Source: an uncultured Planctomycetia bacterium (GTDB taxonomy: Bacteria; Omnitrophota; Gorgyraeia; Gorgyraeales; Gorgyraeaceae). Taken from it: DNA of 43,253 bases. The translations under genes were made by a program, and so were the position numbers. This document shows positions 34,721 through 43,103 of the stretch, piece after piece. The notes beneath the pieces were generated by a model. That model ran no database searches and was not told the origin of the DNA. It was given only the letters and a program-made list of their open reading frames with translations. Positions within the stretch are counted from its first letter, which is position 1, and each line of letters opens with the position of its first letter. The stretch is taken from assembly GCA_964479825.1 (NCBI GenBank), contig CAYZNX010000001.1, positions 1 to 43,253 on the forward strand. Reading direction: 5' to 3'.

Positions 34721-35692
34721 ATGCCCTCACTTGAGAAGTATTCAGCCCTTAAGACAAAGAGGGTCAGCCTGCGCGATGCAATACCGCTGGTAAAGCCCTT
34801 TACTATCCTTCTGGAACCGACAAGTATCTGCAACTTCAAATGCACCTGCTGTTTCCAGAACGAGCCGGATTTTCATTCGTATCTTCCAAGGGGACACATG
34901 AAAATCGAGGATTTCAGAAAGATTGCGGACGACCTGGCTACATGGAAGGGCGCCAGAATACGGGTCATACGGATCATTGGTTTTGGCGAACCATTACTCA
35001 ATCCATTGACACCTCGTATGGTGAAATACTGCAAAGAGCTCGACATTGCAGAACGCATCGAAATCACAACGAATGCGTCGCTTCTCACTCCAGCGGTCTC
35101 AGAGGAGTTGATTGACGCAGAGCTGGATTACATTCGCTGCTCTGTATATTCGCTTGATCAGAAACGCCATGAGGCGCTGACGCAAAGCCGAATTAGCATT
35201 GAAGCGATAAAAGATAATATTGTCACATTAAAGACGTTACGCGCATCCAGAGGAGCTCATAAGCCATTCATATACGCAAAGATGCTTGAGAGCCGGGATC
35301 CGTCAGAGAACGGTCTATTTCTAGAAGCGTATTCGAATATTGCTGACGAGGCAGCTTTGGAAAAGCCCCATCAATGGCTTTCTTGCGCGGATTCCTGCGG
35401 TCCTGCAATGCGGCACGTCTGCCCCCAGCCGTTTAAGATGATGAGTGTTCATTTTAACGGCGATGTTATACTCTGCGATCCTGATTGGAAGGGGAACACA
35501 TGCGTCGGGAATGTCCTTATAGAGAACATCTCTTCCATTTGGGGAGGCAGTAAGATGCGTGAGTTCTGGAGGATGCAGCTCGAGAAGAGAAGGCGCGAAA
35601 ATAAAAGCTGCCGGAAGTGCTCTTTTCTTATCGATGAGTACGTTATGGATAATCTAGACGGGGTTTCTCCGGATGTTCTGGGAGGCCACTGA
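34721..35692 (+). CDS. Radical SAM/SPASM-like enzyme, paralog of 39558..40574
   Basis: SICNFKCTCCFQ, GFGEPLLN and TTNASLLTPAVSEELID are present. The C-terminus has CPQPF...GDVILCDPDW...CRKCSF. AGGAG lies 5 nt before the ATG at 34721. Confidence 0.8.
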   Translation: MPSLEKYSALKTKRVSLRDAIPLVKPFTILLEPTSICNFKCTCCFQNEPDFHSYLPRGHMKIEDFRKIADDLATWKGARIRVIRIIGFGEPLLNPLTPRMVKYCKELDIAERIEITTNASLLTPAVSEELIDAELDYIRCSVYSLDQKRHEALTQSRISIEAIKDNIVTLKTLRASRGAHKPFIYAKMLESRDPSENGLFLEAYSNIADEAALEKPHQWLSCADSCGPAMRHVCPQPFKMMSVHFNGDVILCDPDWKGNTCVGNVLIENISSIWGGSKMREFWRMQLEKRRRENKSCRKCSFLIDEYVMDNLDGVSPDVLGGH

Positions 35693-35693
35693 T

Positions 35694-36887
35694 ATGAAGA
35701 GATTTCTCGAGACCGTCTCGGAGACTTCCCGTCCTGTAGTTGTGTTCGGAGCCTCGGTTATTGGCAAGATAATTCTCGATTCGCTTGACATATTAAATAT
35801 CCGTCTAGCCGCCTTCTGTGACAACGATGTTCGAAAACAGAAGGAGTTGTTTCATGGGCATAGGGTCATTTCTTTTGAAAAGATGCGCGAGGATTATCCC
35901 GACGCGCTTGTAATCATAGCTGCCAGACGGTATTTTGATGAGATACGAAAGCAGCTTTCGGCTGCTGGGTTCAAGGATGTGTTCAGCGATTCAGATATTG
36001 TAAGCTGCATTGATTTCAAGAAGACGCCGCATTCAAAACTCGGAAGAATTATGTGGTATCTGGCCAGAATCGGCAAGCTTTCTGAAATGATGGAACTCCC
36101 TTCAGATAGTTTGCATATTCCCCGGCTGAACGTGGTTATTACCACGCGTTGCACCTTGAAATGCGAAGACTGTTCCAGTCTTATGAGGCATTACCGAAAG
36201 CCCTCTGATTTTGATGCATCAAAGATAATCGCCTCTCTTGACAGAATACTGTCGTGCGTCGGCCTCATCTATCACGTCGAGATCCTCGGGGGCGAACCGT
36301 TCTTACACAAGGAGCTTCCACCGATCGCCAGGCACCTGCTTGATTCGGGAAAAATATTGCATGTCGATGTTATCACAAATGGAACCATTGTGCCTTCTGA
36401 GAAGGAGCTTAATTCCCTGAAACATGAAAATTTATCCGTCGTCATAGATGATTATGGAGCGCTGTCGAAGAAGATGGTTTCTCTATCGGATGCATTACAG
36501 CGTCATGGTGTTGACTTCCGCGTCAACCGACATTGGGCCTGGGCAGACCTCGGCAGCTTCGAATCAAGAAATCGCCCCGAAGAAGAGCTGCGGGAACTTT
36601 TTGCCAGATGTAATTTTAACTCGTGCGTCGAACTGCTTGACGGAACCCTGTATCACTGCCCGCGCTCTTCGCATGGGACAAAGACAGGGCTTGTTCCGGA
36701 ATATCGTGGCGATTCAATCGATATTCTTGATGTGCCTTCAGGCAATGCCGTTCTGAGAGAATCTCTCAGGGCATTTTTCTACGATATGAGGTTTCTCCGC
36801 GCATGTGATCACTGCGATGGAAATACGGGTGATTCCCTGAAGCTCATTCCCGCAGAACAACATACTCGAGGCGTAACCAATGACTGA
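35694..36887 (+). CDS. Rossmann-like N-terminal domain fused to a radical SAM core, paralog of 41847..43055
   Basis: The N-terminus is VVVFGASVIGKIIL...FCDNDVRKQKELFHGHRVISFE. The core has TTRCTLKCEDCSSL and LGGEPF. The tail has CNFNSCVELLDGTLYHCP...CDHCDG. GGGAGG precedes the ATG at 35694. Confidence 0.75.
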   Translation: MKRFLETVSETSRPVVVFGASVIGKIILDSLDILNIRLAAFCDNDVRKQKELFHGHRVISFEKMREDYPDALVIIAARRYFDEIRKQLSAAGFKDVFSDSDIVSCIDFKKTPHSKLGRIMWYLARIGKLSEMMELPSDSLHIPRLNVVITTRCTLKCEDCSSLMRHYRKPSDFDASKIIASLDRILSCVGLIYHVEILGGEPFLHKELPPIARHLLDSGKILHVDVITNGTIVPSEKELNSLKHENLSVVIDDYGALSKKMVSLSDALQRHGVDFRVNRHWAWADLGSFESRNRPEEELRELFARCNFNSCVELLDGTLYHCPRSSHGTKTGLVPEYRGDSIDILDVPSGNAVLRESLRAFFYDMRFLRACDHCDGNTGDSLKLIPAEQHTRGVTND

Positions 36888-38040
36888 TATAAAGAGATGC
36901 CGCGTCTGCGGAAATATATTTACGGCCGAAAGCATGCTCAAACTGCCGGACATGCCGGCGGCCGTGCAGAACCTGCCGGCCAAGAAAGACGAGGCTATTG
37001 CTTCCGGTATCGTTCTCGACATCAGGCAGTGTTCATTTTGCGGACTTGTCCAGCTCCTCAACGCGCCGGTCCCATATCATAAAGATGTTATCAGGCCAGG
37101 AGGAGCGTCTCTTTCCATGAGAGCTGGGCAGTATGATCAATTCAAAATCTTTGTCGAACGGTTTTCTCTTATGAATAAGAACATAATTGAGGTCGGTTCT
37201 GGACGCGGCGAATATCTCTCGATTTTGAAAGAACTGCCTGTCAAGGCCTTTGGAATGGAGCACAATCCTGATTTTGTTAGGATTGCAAACGAAAAAGGCT
37301 TGAAGACATTTCAGGCATACCCCACAGATTTGCGTGGGTCGCCCGATGATATCATGTTTGATGCCTTTATTTCAATCAACGTCCTTGAGCATGTCCCTGA
37401 TCCGGCCGTGTTCCTGCGGTCCTGCGCAAACCTCCTTACGGAGAAGGGCGTCGGAATGATCAGTGTTCCTGACTTCGAATACGAGTTGAGTGATAACGGC
37501 ATATTCAGTTTTATGAGCGACCATCTGTCGTACTTTTCAGCGGATACCCTGCGTAATGCGCTAAGTATCAATGGCTTTGACGTCGTTGAGATATTCAAAA
37601 ACAGGGATTTGAATGTCATTACCGCATATGTTATTAAACGCAGGCAATGTGATCTGGCCGCGGCCATAGACAAGAGTCATGAGTTCAATGAGACTATCAA
37701 CGGTTACATAAAGACAATCCTGGACAGCGGCGGTCGCATTGCAGTCTGGGGAGCGAGCCATCTTGCATTCAGCATTATTGCATCGTCAAGGACAGCGAAG
37801 ATGATCTCGTACCTAGTTGATTCCTCTCCGGTTAAGCAGGGAAGGTTCTCACCGGCATCCGGCCTCGAAATCTTTCCACCGGAGCATCTGCGCGAGGATC
37901 CGGTTAACGCGATTCTGATTATGTCTCCTGAATATTCAACAGAGATCGCGGCAGGCATTGAGAAACAGTATTCAGACCTTATTCATCATATTGCGACGTT
38001 CATAGACGGTGGTCTTAAGACGATAAGGAAGCTGAAATGA
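36880..38040 (+). CDS. NDP-sugar C-methyltransferase of the TylC3/EvaC-like architecture
   Basis: The N-terminal Zn-ribbon is CRVCGN...CSFCGLVQL. The class I MTase motif is IIEVGSGRGEY. The C-terminal Rossmann-like domain is RIAVWGASHLAF...LVDSSPVKQGRFSPASGLEIFPPEHL. Confidence 0.7.
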   Translation: MTDIKRCRVCGNIFTAESMLKLPDMPAAVQNLPAKKDEAIASGIVLDIRQCSFCGLVQLLNAPVPYHKDVIRPGGASLSMRAGQYDQFKIFVERFSLMNKNIIEVGSGRGEYLSILKELPVKAFGMEHNPDFVRIANEKGLKTFQAYPTDLRGSPDDIMFDAFISINVLEHVPDPAVFLRSCANLLTEKGVGMISVPDFEYELSDNGIFSFMSDHLSYFSADTLRNALSINGFDVVEIFKNRDLNVITAYVIKRRQCDLAAAIDKSHEFNETINGYIKTILDSGGRIAVWGASHLAFSIIASSRTAKMISYLVDSSPVKQGRFSPASGLEIFPPEHLREDPVNAILIMSPEYSTEIAAGIEKQYSDLIHHIATFIDGGLKTIRKLK

Positions 38041-39527
38041 TTTTGATTAATCCTGTAGCCCCTAATAGAATGGGGATGATTTCAAGATATACCGATGCCA
38101 CTCTTCCAATGGGCATTGGGACATTGGCAGGGTATCTCTTGGCAAAAGGCAGGCAGGCCAAAATCATAGACGAGTTGAGTGGCCCGATGCGGCTATCTGA
38201 TGTTAATAGCCATATCAAGCAGCTTAGCAAACCCTATATATTCGGCATTAGCTGTCTGACAATAAATATATCGAGGGGGTATGAGATAGCAAGGATGCTC
38301 AAAAGAGAGTATCCCGATGCCAAGGTCATATTGGGAGGCATACACGCCACAGCGCTGCCCGAAGAGGCCCTTGCCAAAGGAAATATAGTAGACATAGTGG
38401 TAAGAGGAGAAGGCGAAGAGACGCTTTTATTATTATATGATACCATAAAAAACAATAGAAACTATTCTGACATAGCAGGAATATCATTTAAGGAAAACGG
38501 CAAAATAATACATAATCCTGCTCGCCCATTAATAGAAGATTTAAATACTATACCTCGTTTTCCTTACGAGTTATTCGCCGATAAATACAGCGGCTTAGGC
38601 CATCTTATGACATCGAGGGGATGTCCATATGATTGTATATTTTGTAGCCAGAGGCTCATATCAGGAAAAAGATATAGATTTGCGTCATGCGAATCTGTTA
38701 TCGAGACAATAGATTTGCTTATAAACAAATACAATCAACGCAACCTTGGTTTTTACGACGACAATTTCCTTGTGAACAAAAAAAGAGTAAGGTCATTGTG
38801 CGAACTGATAATACAGAAGGGCTTTAATCTCAGGGCTGCCTTCAGTTGCCAGACAAGGGCGGATAATGTCGATAGAGAGACTCTTGCCTATCTGAAGGAT
38901 GCGGGATTCGCCCATATCGGACTGGGAATAGAGACAGGCTCCGAGAGGTTGATGAAAATACTAAACAAACGAGAGACTGTAAAGGTTAACATCGAAGCCG
39001 TAAAAATGATAAAAGAAATGGGTTTTGGGACTAGTGGCTTTTTTTTGTTTGGAATACCAACCGAGACGCAAAGAGAGAGGTTCCAGACATACAGGCTCGC
39101 CAAAAAGATGAGACTTGATTATGCAAAGTTTAATAATATAGTCCCATATCCGAAAACCAGACTCTGGGAGATAGCGCAAAAAGAAGGCACTTTGAACATC
39201 GCGAAGGATTGGGAAAACTTCAATTCTGTCGAGGGGGTCGTGAAAGGGGTATTTTCCAAAGCGAAATTACCGTATATACCAATTAATACCACAGAGAAGC
39301 AATTACGAAGGGATATGGTGCGGTCAAATTTTTACTTTTATCTAGCGCATCTTTCTTCTCTCTTCGTATCGAAGCAGAATAAGTCTGACTGGTTTAGTCT
39401 TTCCGAAAGATGGTATTTTAACCCGAAAGAATTGTTTTATCTTTTCATACTCCTGCTGAAAGTCGCACTTAATTGCGTAATTGTCTTTGATGTGAAATGG
39501 TTTATCGAAGAATTGAGGGACAGATGA
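38037..39527 (+). CDS. Cobalamin-binding-domain radical SAM enzyme (class B type)
   Basis: LPMGIGTLAGYLLAKGRQAKIIDE...IFGISCLT...VILGGIHAT is followed by TSRGCPYDCIFCSQ. Confidence 0.8.
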   Translation: MILINPVAPNRMGMISRYTDATLPMGIGTLAGYLLAKGRQAKIIDELSGPMRLSDVNSHIKQLSKPYIFGISCLTINISRGYEIARMLKREYPDAKVILGGIHATALPEEALAKGNIVDIVVRGEGEETLLLLYDTIKNNRNYSDIAGISFKENGKIIHNPARPLIEDLNTIPRFPYELFADKYSGLGHLMTSRGCPYDCIFCSQRLISGKRYRFASCESVIETIDLLINKYNQRNLGFYDDNFLVNKKRVRSLCELIIQKGFNLRAAFSCQTRADNVDRETLAYLKDAGFAHIGLGIETGSERLMKILNKRETVKVNIEAVKMIKEMGFGTSGFFLFGIPTETQRERFQTYRLAKKMRLDYAKFNNIVPYPKTRLWEIAQKEGTLNIAKDWENFNSVEGVVKGVFSKAKLPYIPINTTEKQLRRDMVRSNFYFYLAHLSSLFVSKQNKSDWFSLSERWYFNPKELFYLFILLLKVALNCVIVFDVKWFIEELRDR

Positions 39528-39557
39528 CACTAATAAAGATTGAAAGGGGTATTAAGT

Positions 39558-40574
39558 ATGGCTAAAATCAGTTACACTTTTAAAAAGGCAAGTGAAAGAA
39601 CCAGACTTGAAACAGTAATCCCTCTTGAAACTCCCTTTGAGCTGCAGTTGGCTGTCGCAAGCTCTTGCAACTTTAGATGTGTTTATTGTTACTGGTTCAA
39701 CCCAAAAGTACTAAAGAAACTCAATATTAAAAAAGGAGTAATGGATTTCGATCTTTATAAAAAAATTATTGACGATCTTGATGAATTTCCTCAAAAGTTA
39801 AAAGTTATACGTTTGATGAGAGAAGGTGAACCATTGTTAAATAAAAGATTCACCGATATGGTTCGCTATGCCAAGAAAAAGCAGCCTTCCGTAAATGTGG
39901 ATACGACTACGAATGCAAGCCTGCTGACTCCGGAACTTTCGGATGAGATCATAGATTCCGGGCTGGATAAGATAGGTATTTCCCTCCAGGGCATGAACGT
40001 CGAAGCCTATAAAAGGATATCAGGCGTTGACATCGATTTCGACAGATTGCTTGAGAATGTGATCTATTTTTGCGAACATCGAAAAAATTGCCAAGTCTAT
40101 ATCAAGATACATGACATCGGCGTTAATGAAGCCGAAAAGCAAAAATTCTTTCAATTGTTTGACAAATATGCCGACGAAATGTTTGTTGAACACATTTTTC
40201 CAACATGGCCCGATTTAGATCTTTCAAAGGTCACGAACAATGATGGGATTGGCTACTATGGCAATCCAGTTTCCGACTCACCCATAAAAATATGCAACTT
40301 GCTGTTTTATGATTTGACTATTAGTTTCAATGGGATCGTCACCGCATGCGCACTTGATTGGGAAGGAAAAACCAATTTTGGCGATGTAAACCACCAGAGT
40401 TTGTATAAAATCTGGAACGGTAAAAAGCATAATGATTTTAGACGTATGCATCTAAGTGGAAACAGGTTTAGTAATGACCTATGTGGGAAATGCGATGCCT
40501 TAGAGTATTGCGAACCCGATATAATTGATGATTACGCCGACATGCTCCTTGAAAGATACAAAGATTTGCCATAA
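39558..40574 (+). CDS. Radical SAM/SPASM-like enzyme, paralog of 34721..35692
   Basis: SSCNFRCVYCYW, EGEPLLN and TTNASLLTPELSDEIID are present. The C-terminus has CNLLF...GIVTACALDW...CGKCDALEYC. ATG at 39558. The ORF track starts at the TTG at 39540. Confidence 0.8.
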   Translation: MAKISYTFKKASERTRLETVIPLETPFELQLAVASSCNFRCVYCYWFNPKVLKKLNIKKGVMDFDLYKKIIDDLDEFPQKLKVIRLMREGEPLLNKRFTDMVRYAKKKQPSVNVDTTTNASLLTPELSDEIIDSGLDKIGISLQGMNVEAYKRISGVDIDFDRLLENVIYFCEHRKNCQVYIKIHDIGVNEAEKQKFFQLFDKYADEMFVEHIFPTWPDLDLSKVTNNDGIGYYGNPVSDSPIKICNLLFYDLTISFNGIVTACALDWEGKTNFGDVNHQSLYKIWNGKKHNDFRRMHLSGNRFSNDLCGKCDALEYCEPDIIDDYADMLLERYKDLP

Positions 40575-40590
40575 TTTAGAAGAAAGAACC

Positions 40591-40722
40591 GTCGTAATAC
40601 TTCGGGCGTCAGCCCGTGTCAGTGAAGCTGTGAGGATGGTGAAAGCCAATACCGGTCGCGCAATGAGGCAGAAGTTCAAGTTTTTAGACAAGGTGTATTG
40701 GGGGATGGATGGTATTTGGTCC
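40591..40722 (+). pseudogene. Remnant of an IS200/IS605-family TnpA (Y1/HUH transposase)
   Basis: VSEAVRMVKANTGRAMRQKFKFLDKVYWGMDGIWS matches the conserved TnpA core pattern VS..V...K....R.....F..L.K.YWG...WS. The N-terminal HUH region and the C-terminal catalytic Tyr region are absent. Confidence 0.6.
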
Positions 40723-40797
40723 ACTTGTATTCTAAAATGCTACGGGCGTGAGCCCGTAGAAATTTACTCTCGTGTTTGAAACTCATTACTGAATGAT

Positions 40798-41847
40798 ATG
40801 TATCCGTCTGGAAAATATATAGTTAGTATCGTTGTCCCTGTATTCAATGATGAAAAACGTATTGGGCGATGCATTGAGAGTGTTATCAAACAGACTTACA
40901 CAAATATCGATCTGATTCTGGTTGATGATGGTTCACAAGATCGTACAGGGAAAATATGCGACGAATACGCAGCAAAGGATCAAAGAATAAAAGTGATTCA
41001 TACCGATAATGTAGGAGTTGGAAGAGCAAGAAATTTAGGAATAAAACATACATGTGGGACTTTCATTTTCTTTTTGGATTCAGATGATTTTTTAGAAGTT
41101 TATGCCTTAGAACGGATGATTGATGGATATCATAAATCCAACGCTGACATTGTATTGGGTAATTTTTACATAAATGGTGAAAAGGTCAAAACGTGTTTTA
41201 ATCGTCCCCTTTCGAACGATAAGTTATTAAATTTATCAGAATTTATTAGCTATGTCAGGGGGTATTTGCAAAAACCACGAGGTACTTCAATCTTTGTTTA
41301 TGTGTGGGGGAAACTATTTAAATCCTCTATAATTAAAGATAACAGTCTTTGTTTTGATAGTGATTTGCATGTATATGAAGATACACTTTTTAATTTTAAA
41401 TACTTTCTATGGATTCAGAGTGCTTATTTCATAGAACAACCGTTGTATCACTATCAAGTAGATATGAGTTCAAAGTCGAAGGCTTTGAGGCTTACCAATG
41501 AGTTTTTAGGATATAAAAAAATGATTTATTCCATTGAGAAGTTTCTTGCAAAACATAATGTAAAGAAAGTGACGTTGGAGAAAGAAGTAGGACATTGCAT
41601 TGTCTCTTTTAGTATCAAAGTGATGATGCAGTTAGTGGAGCACTCTATGCACAAAGAGTTGCATATCTCATTTGCAGTGCTTAAGTCTATCTTTACTAAG
41701 ATGGTGCAGGACGCGGATATTCAAAAAAGCTTGATCCACTATTCTCCCACAGAAAAGGACAGTGTCATCATTCCAAAGCTAATGAAGTTACAATGGATAT
41801 CCCCCATCATATGGGTGTGTAAATTCAAACAGAAAAATAAGGATTAA
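40798..41847 (+). CDS. Family 2 glycosyltransferase (GT-A fold)
   Basis: VSIVVPVFNDEKRIGRCIESVIKQTYTNIDLILVDDGSQDRTGKICDEY is followed by the DxD-type FLDSDD. Confidence 0.85.
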   Translation: MYPSGKYIVSIVVPVFNDEKRIGRCIESVIKQTYTNIDLILVDDGSQDRTGKICDEYAAKDQRIKVIHTDNVGVGRARNLGIKHTCGTFIFFLDSDDFLEVYALERMIDGYHKSNADIVLGNFYINGEKVKTCFNRPLSNDKLLNLSEFISYVRGYLQKPRGTSIFVYVWGKLFKSSIIKDNSLCFDSDLHVYEDTLFNFKYFLWIQSAYFIEQPLYHYQVDMSSKSKALRLTNEFLGYKKMIYSIEKFLAKHNVKKVTLEKEVGHCIVSFSIKVMMQLVEHSMHKELHISFAVLKSIFTKMVQDADIQKSLIHYSPTEKDSVIIPKLMKLQWISPIIWVCKFKQKNKD

Positions 41848-43055
41848 TGATGCAATGTAACAACTCTATGGTTCAATTTGATTTTCATGCACTGCAGACA
41901 GCAGAAGTGCCTATTGTGATATTTGGTGCCAAGACGGTAGGGGAAGCGATCTATTATGAGTGCATGACCAGGGGTGTGAAGGTTACATGTTTTTGTGATA
42001 ATTTTATTGAGTTCACAAATAAGAAAAAATTTGGTTTAACAATTTTTCATCCTGATGCATTGAAAAACAGGTTTGATGACGCCATTTTTATTATTTCTGC
42101 GTGTGACATACAGGATGTCATCGCTCAACTGGTCAGTATAGGGTATAGTAAGTGGTATCCAGGCGGACTTCTTTTAAACAGTTTTGATGTTACTAAATAT
42201 CCTTTTAGCGCGTCGTATGATTTTGTGGAATACACCGTCAGTTCAGCGATATTGTCTCATGAAGGATATATGCATCCAGATAAAGTGTATCTTAGGAGTC
42301 TGGATATTATTATTACAGAAAAGTGCTCTTTGAAATGTGCAGATTGTTCAAACCTTGCCCAATATTATGATAACCCTAAAGATGACAATATAAATGATAT
42401 TTTAGCCTCGCTGGATGCTTTTTGTCATTATATCGATAAAGTCAATGAAGTTCGGGTCATAGGCGGGGAACCTTTTATGAACAAAGATATTTATGCGTTT
42501 CTCGTAAAACTGATTGAGATAGATAAGATTAGAAAAGTTCTCATATTTACCAACGGAACGATACTTCCTAGAAGCAACTATTTGGAGATTTTGGGGCATG
42601 AAAAAATACTGCTGATTATTACAGATTATGGTGCATTGTCTAAAAATTATGGTGCATTGATCCGGATATGTGAGGAAAATAGAATTGCTTATTATTCAGA
42701 AGTCGCAAATGGTTGGACGGATTGTGCCACAATACAGAAGCATGAACGGAGTGTAGAAGAACTGAAATCTATTTTTAAACGGTGCTGTGCAAAAAATCTT
42801 TTCACGCTCTCCAAAGGGAAAGTATTTCGGTGCCCATTTGCTGCGAATGTCGATAGACTGGGGGCCTCTCCTAAATTCAAAGGAGACTATATCAATGTTT
42901 TCGCGCGGCCAACCAAGCAGGATTATAAACGTTTTTTTCTGGAAAAATCCTTTCTTGAAGTTTGCGATTACTGCAATGGTCGGTTTTTTACTGACCCCGT
43001 GATTAAACCAGCCACTCAGTTGAATAAACCCTTGCACTATACTAAGTACGGTTAA
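41847..43055 (+). CDS. Rossmann-like N-terminal domain fused to a radical SAM core, paralog of 35694..36887
   Basis: The N-terminus is IVIFGAKTVGEAIY...FCDNFIEFTNKKKFGLTIFHPD. The core has TEKCSLKCADCSNL and IGGEPF. The tail has CCAKNLFTLSKGKVFRCP...CDYCNG. Confidence 0.75.
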   Translation: MMQCNNSMVQFDFHALQTAEVPIVIFGAKTVGEAIYYECMTRGVKVTCFCDNFIEFTNKKKFGLTIFHPDALKNRFDDAIFIISACDIQDVIAQLVSIGYSKWYPGGLLLNSFDVTKYPFSASYDFVEYTVSSAILSHEGYMHPDKVYLRSLDIIITEKCSLKCADCSNLAQYYDNPKDDNINDILASLDAFCHYIDKVNEVRVIGGEPFMNKDIYAFLVKLIEIDKIRKVLIFTNGTILPRSNYLEILGHEKILLIITDYGALSKNYGALIRICEENRIAYYSEVANGWTDCATIQKHERSVEELKSIFKRCCAKNLFTLSKGKVFRCPFAANVDRLGASPKFKGDYINVFARPTKQDYKRFFLEKSFLEVCDYCNGRFFTDPVIKPATQLNKPLHYTKYG

Positions 43056-43103
43056 AACCCTGTTTACGGCAGGAATCGTAAGTTTCTCCGTACTATTAAG
43101 TGA

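Noticed and set aside
40525-40779. An 84-aa ORF from the track, considered as an intact gene.
   Set aside because: Its first 50 nt overlap the 3' end of the preceding radical SAM gene in another frame. Only the middle 44 residues or so resemble IS200-family TnpA, and the catalytic regions are absent. I treat it as a transposase remnant.
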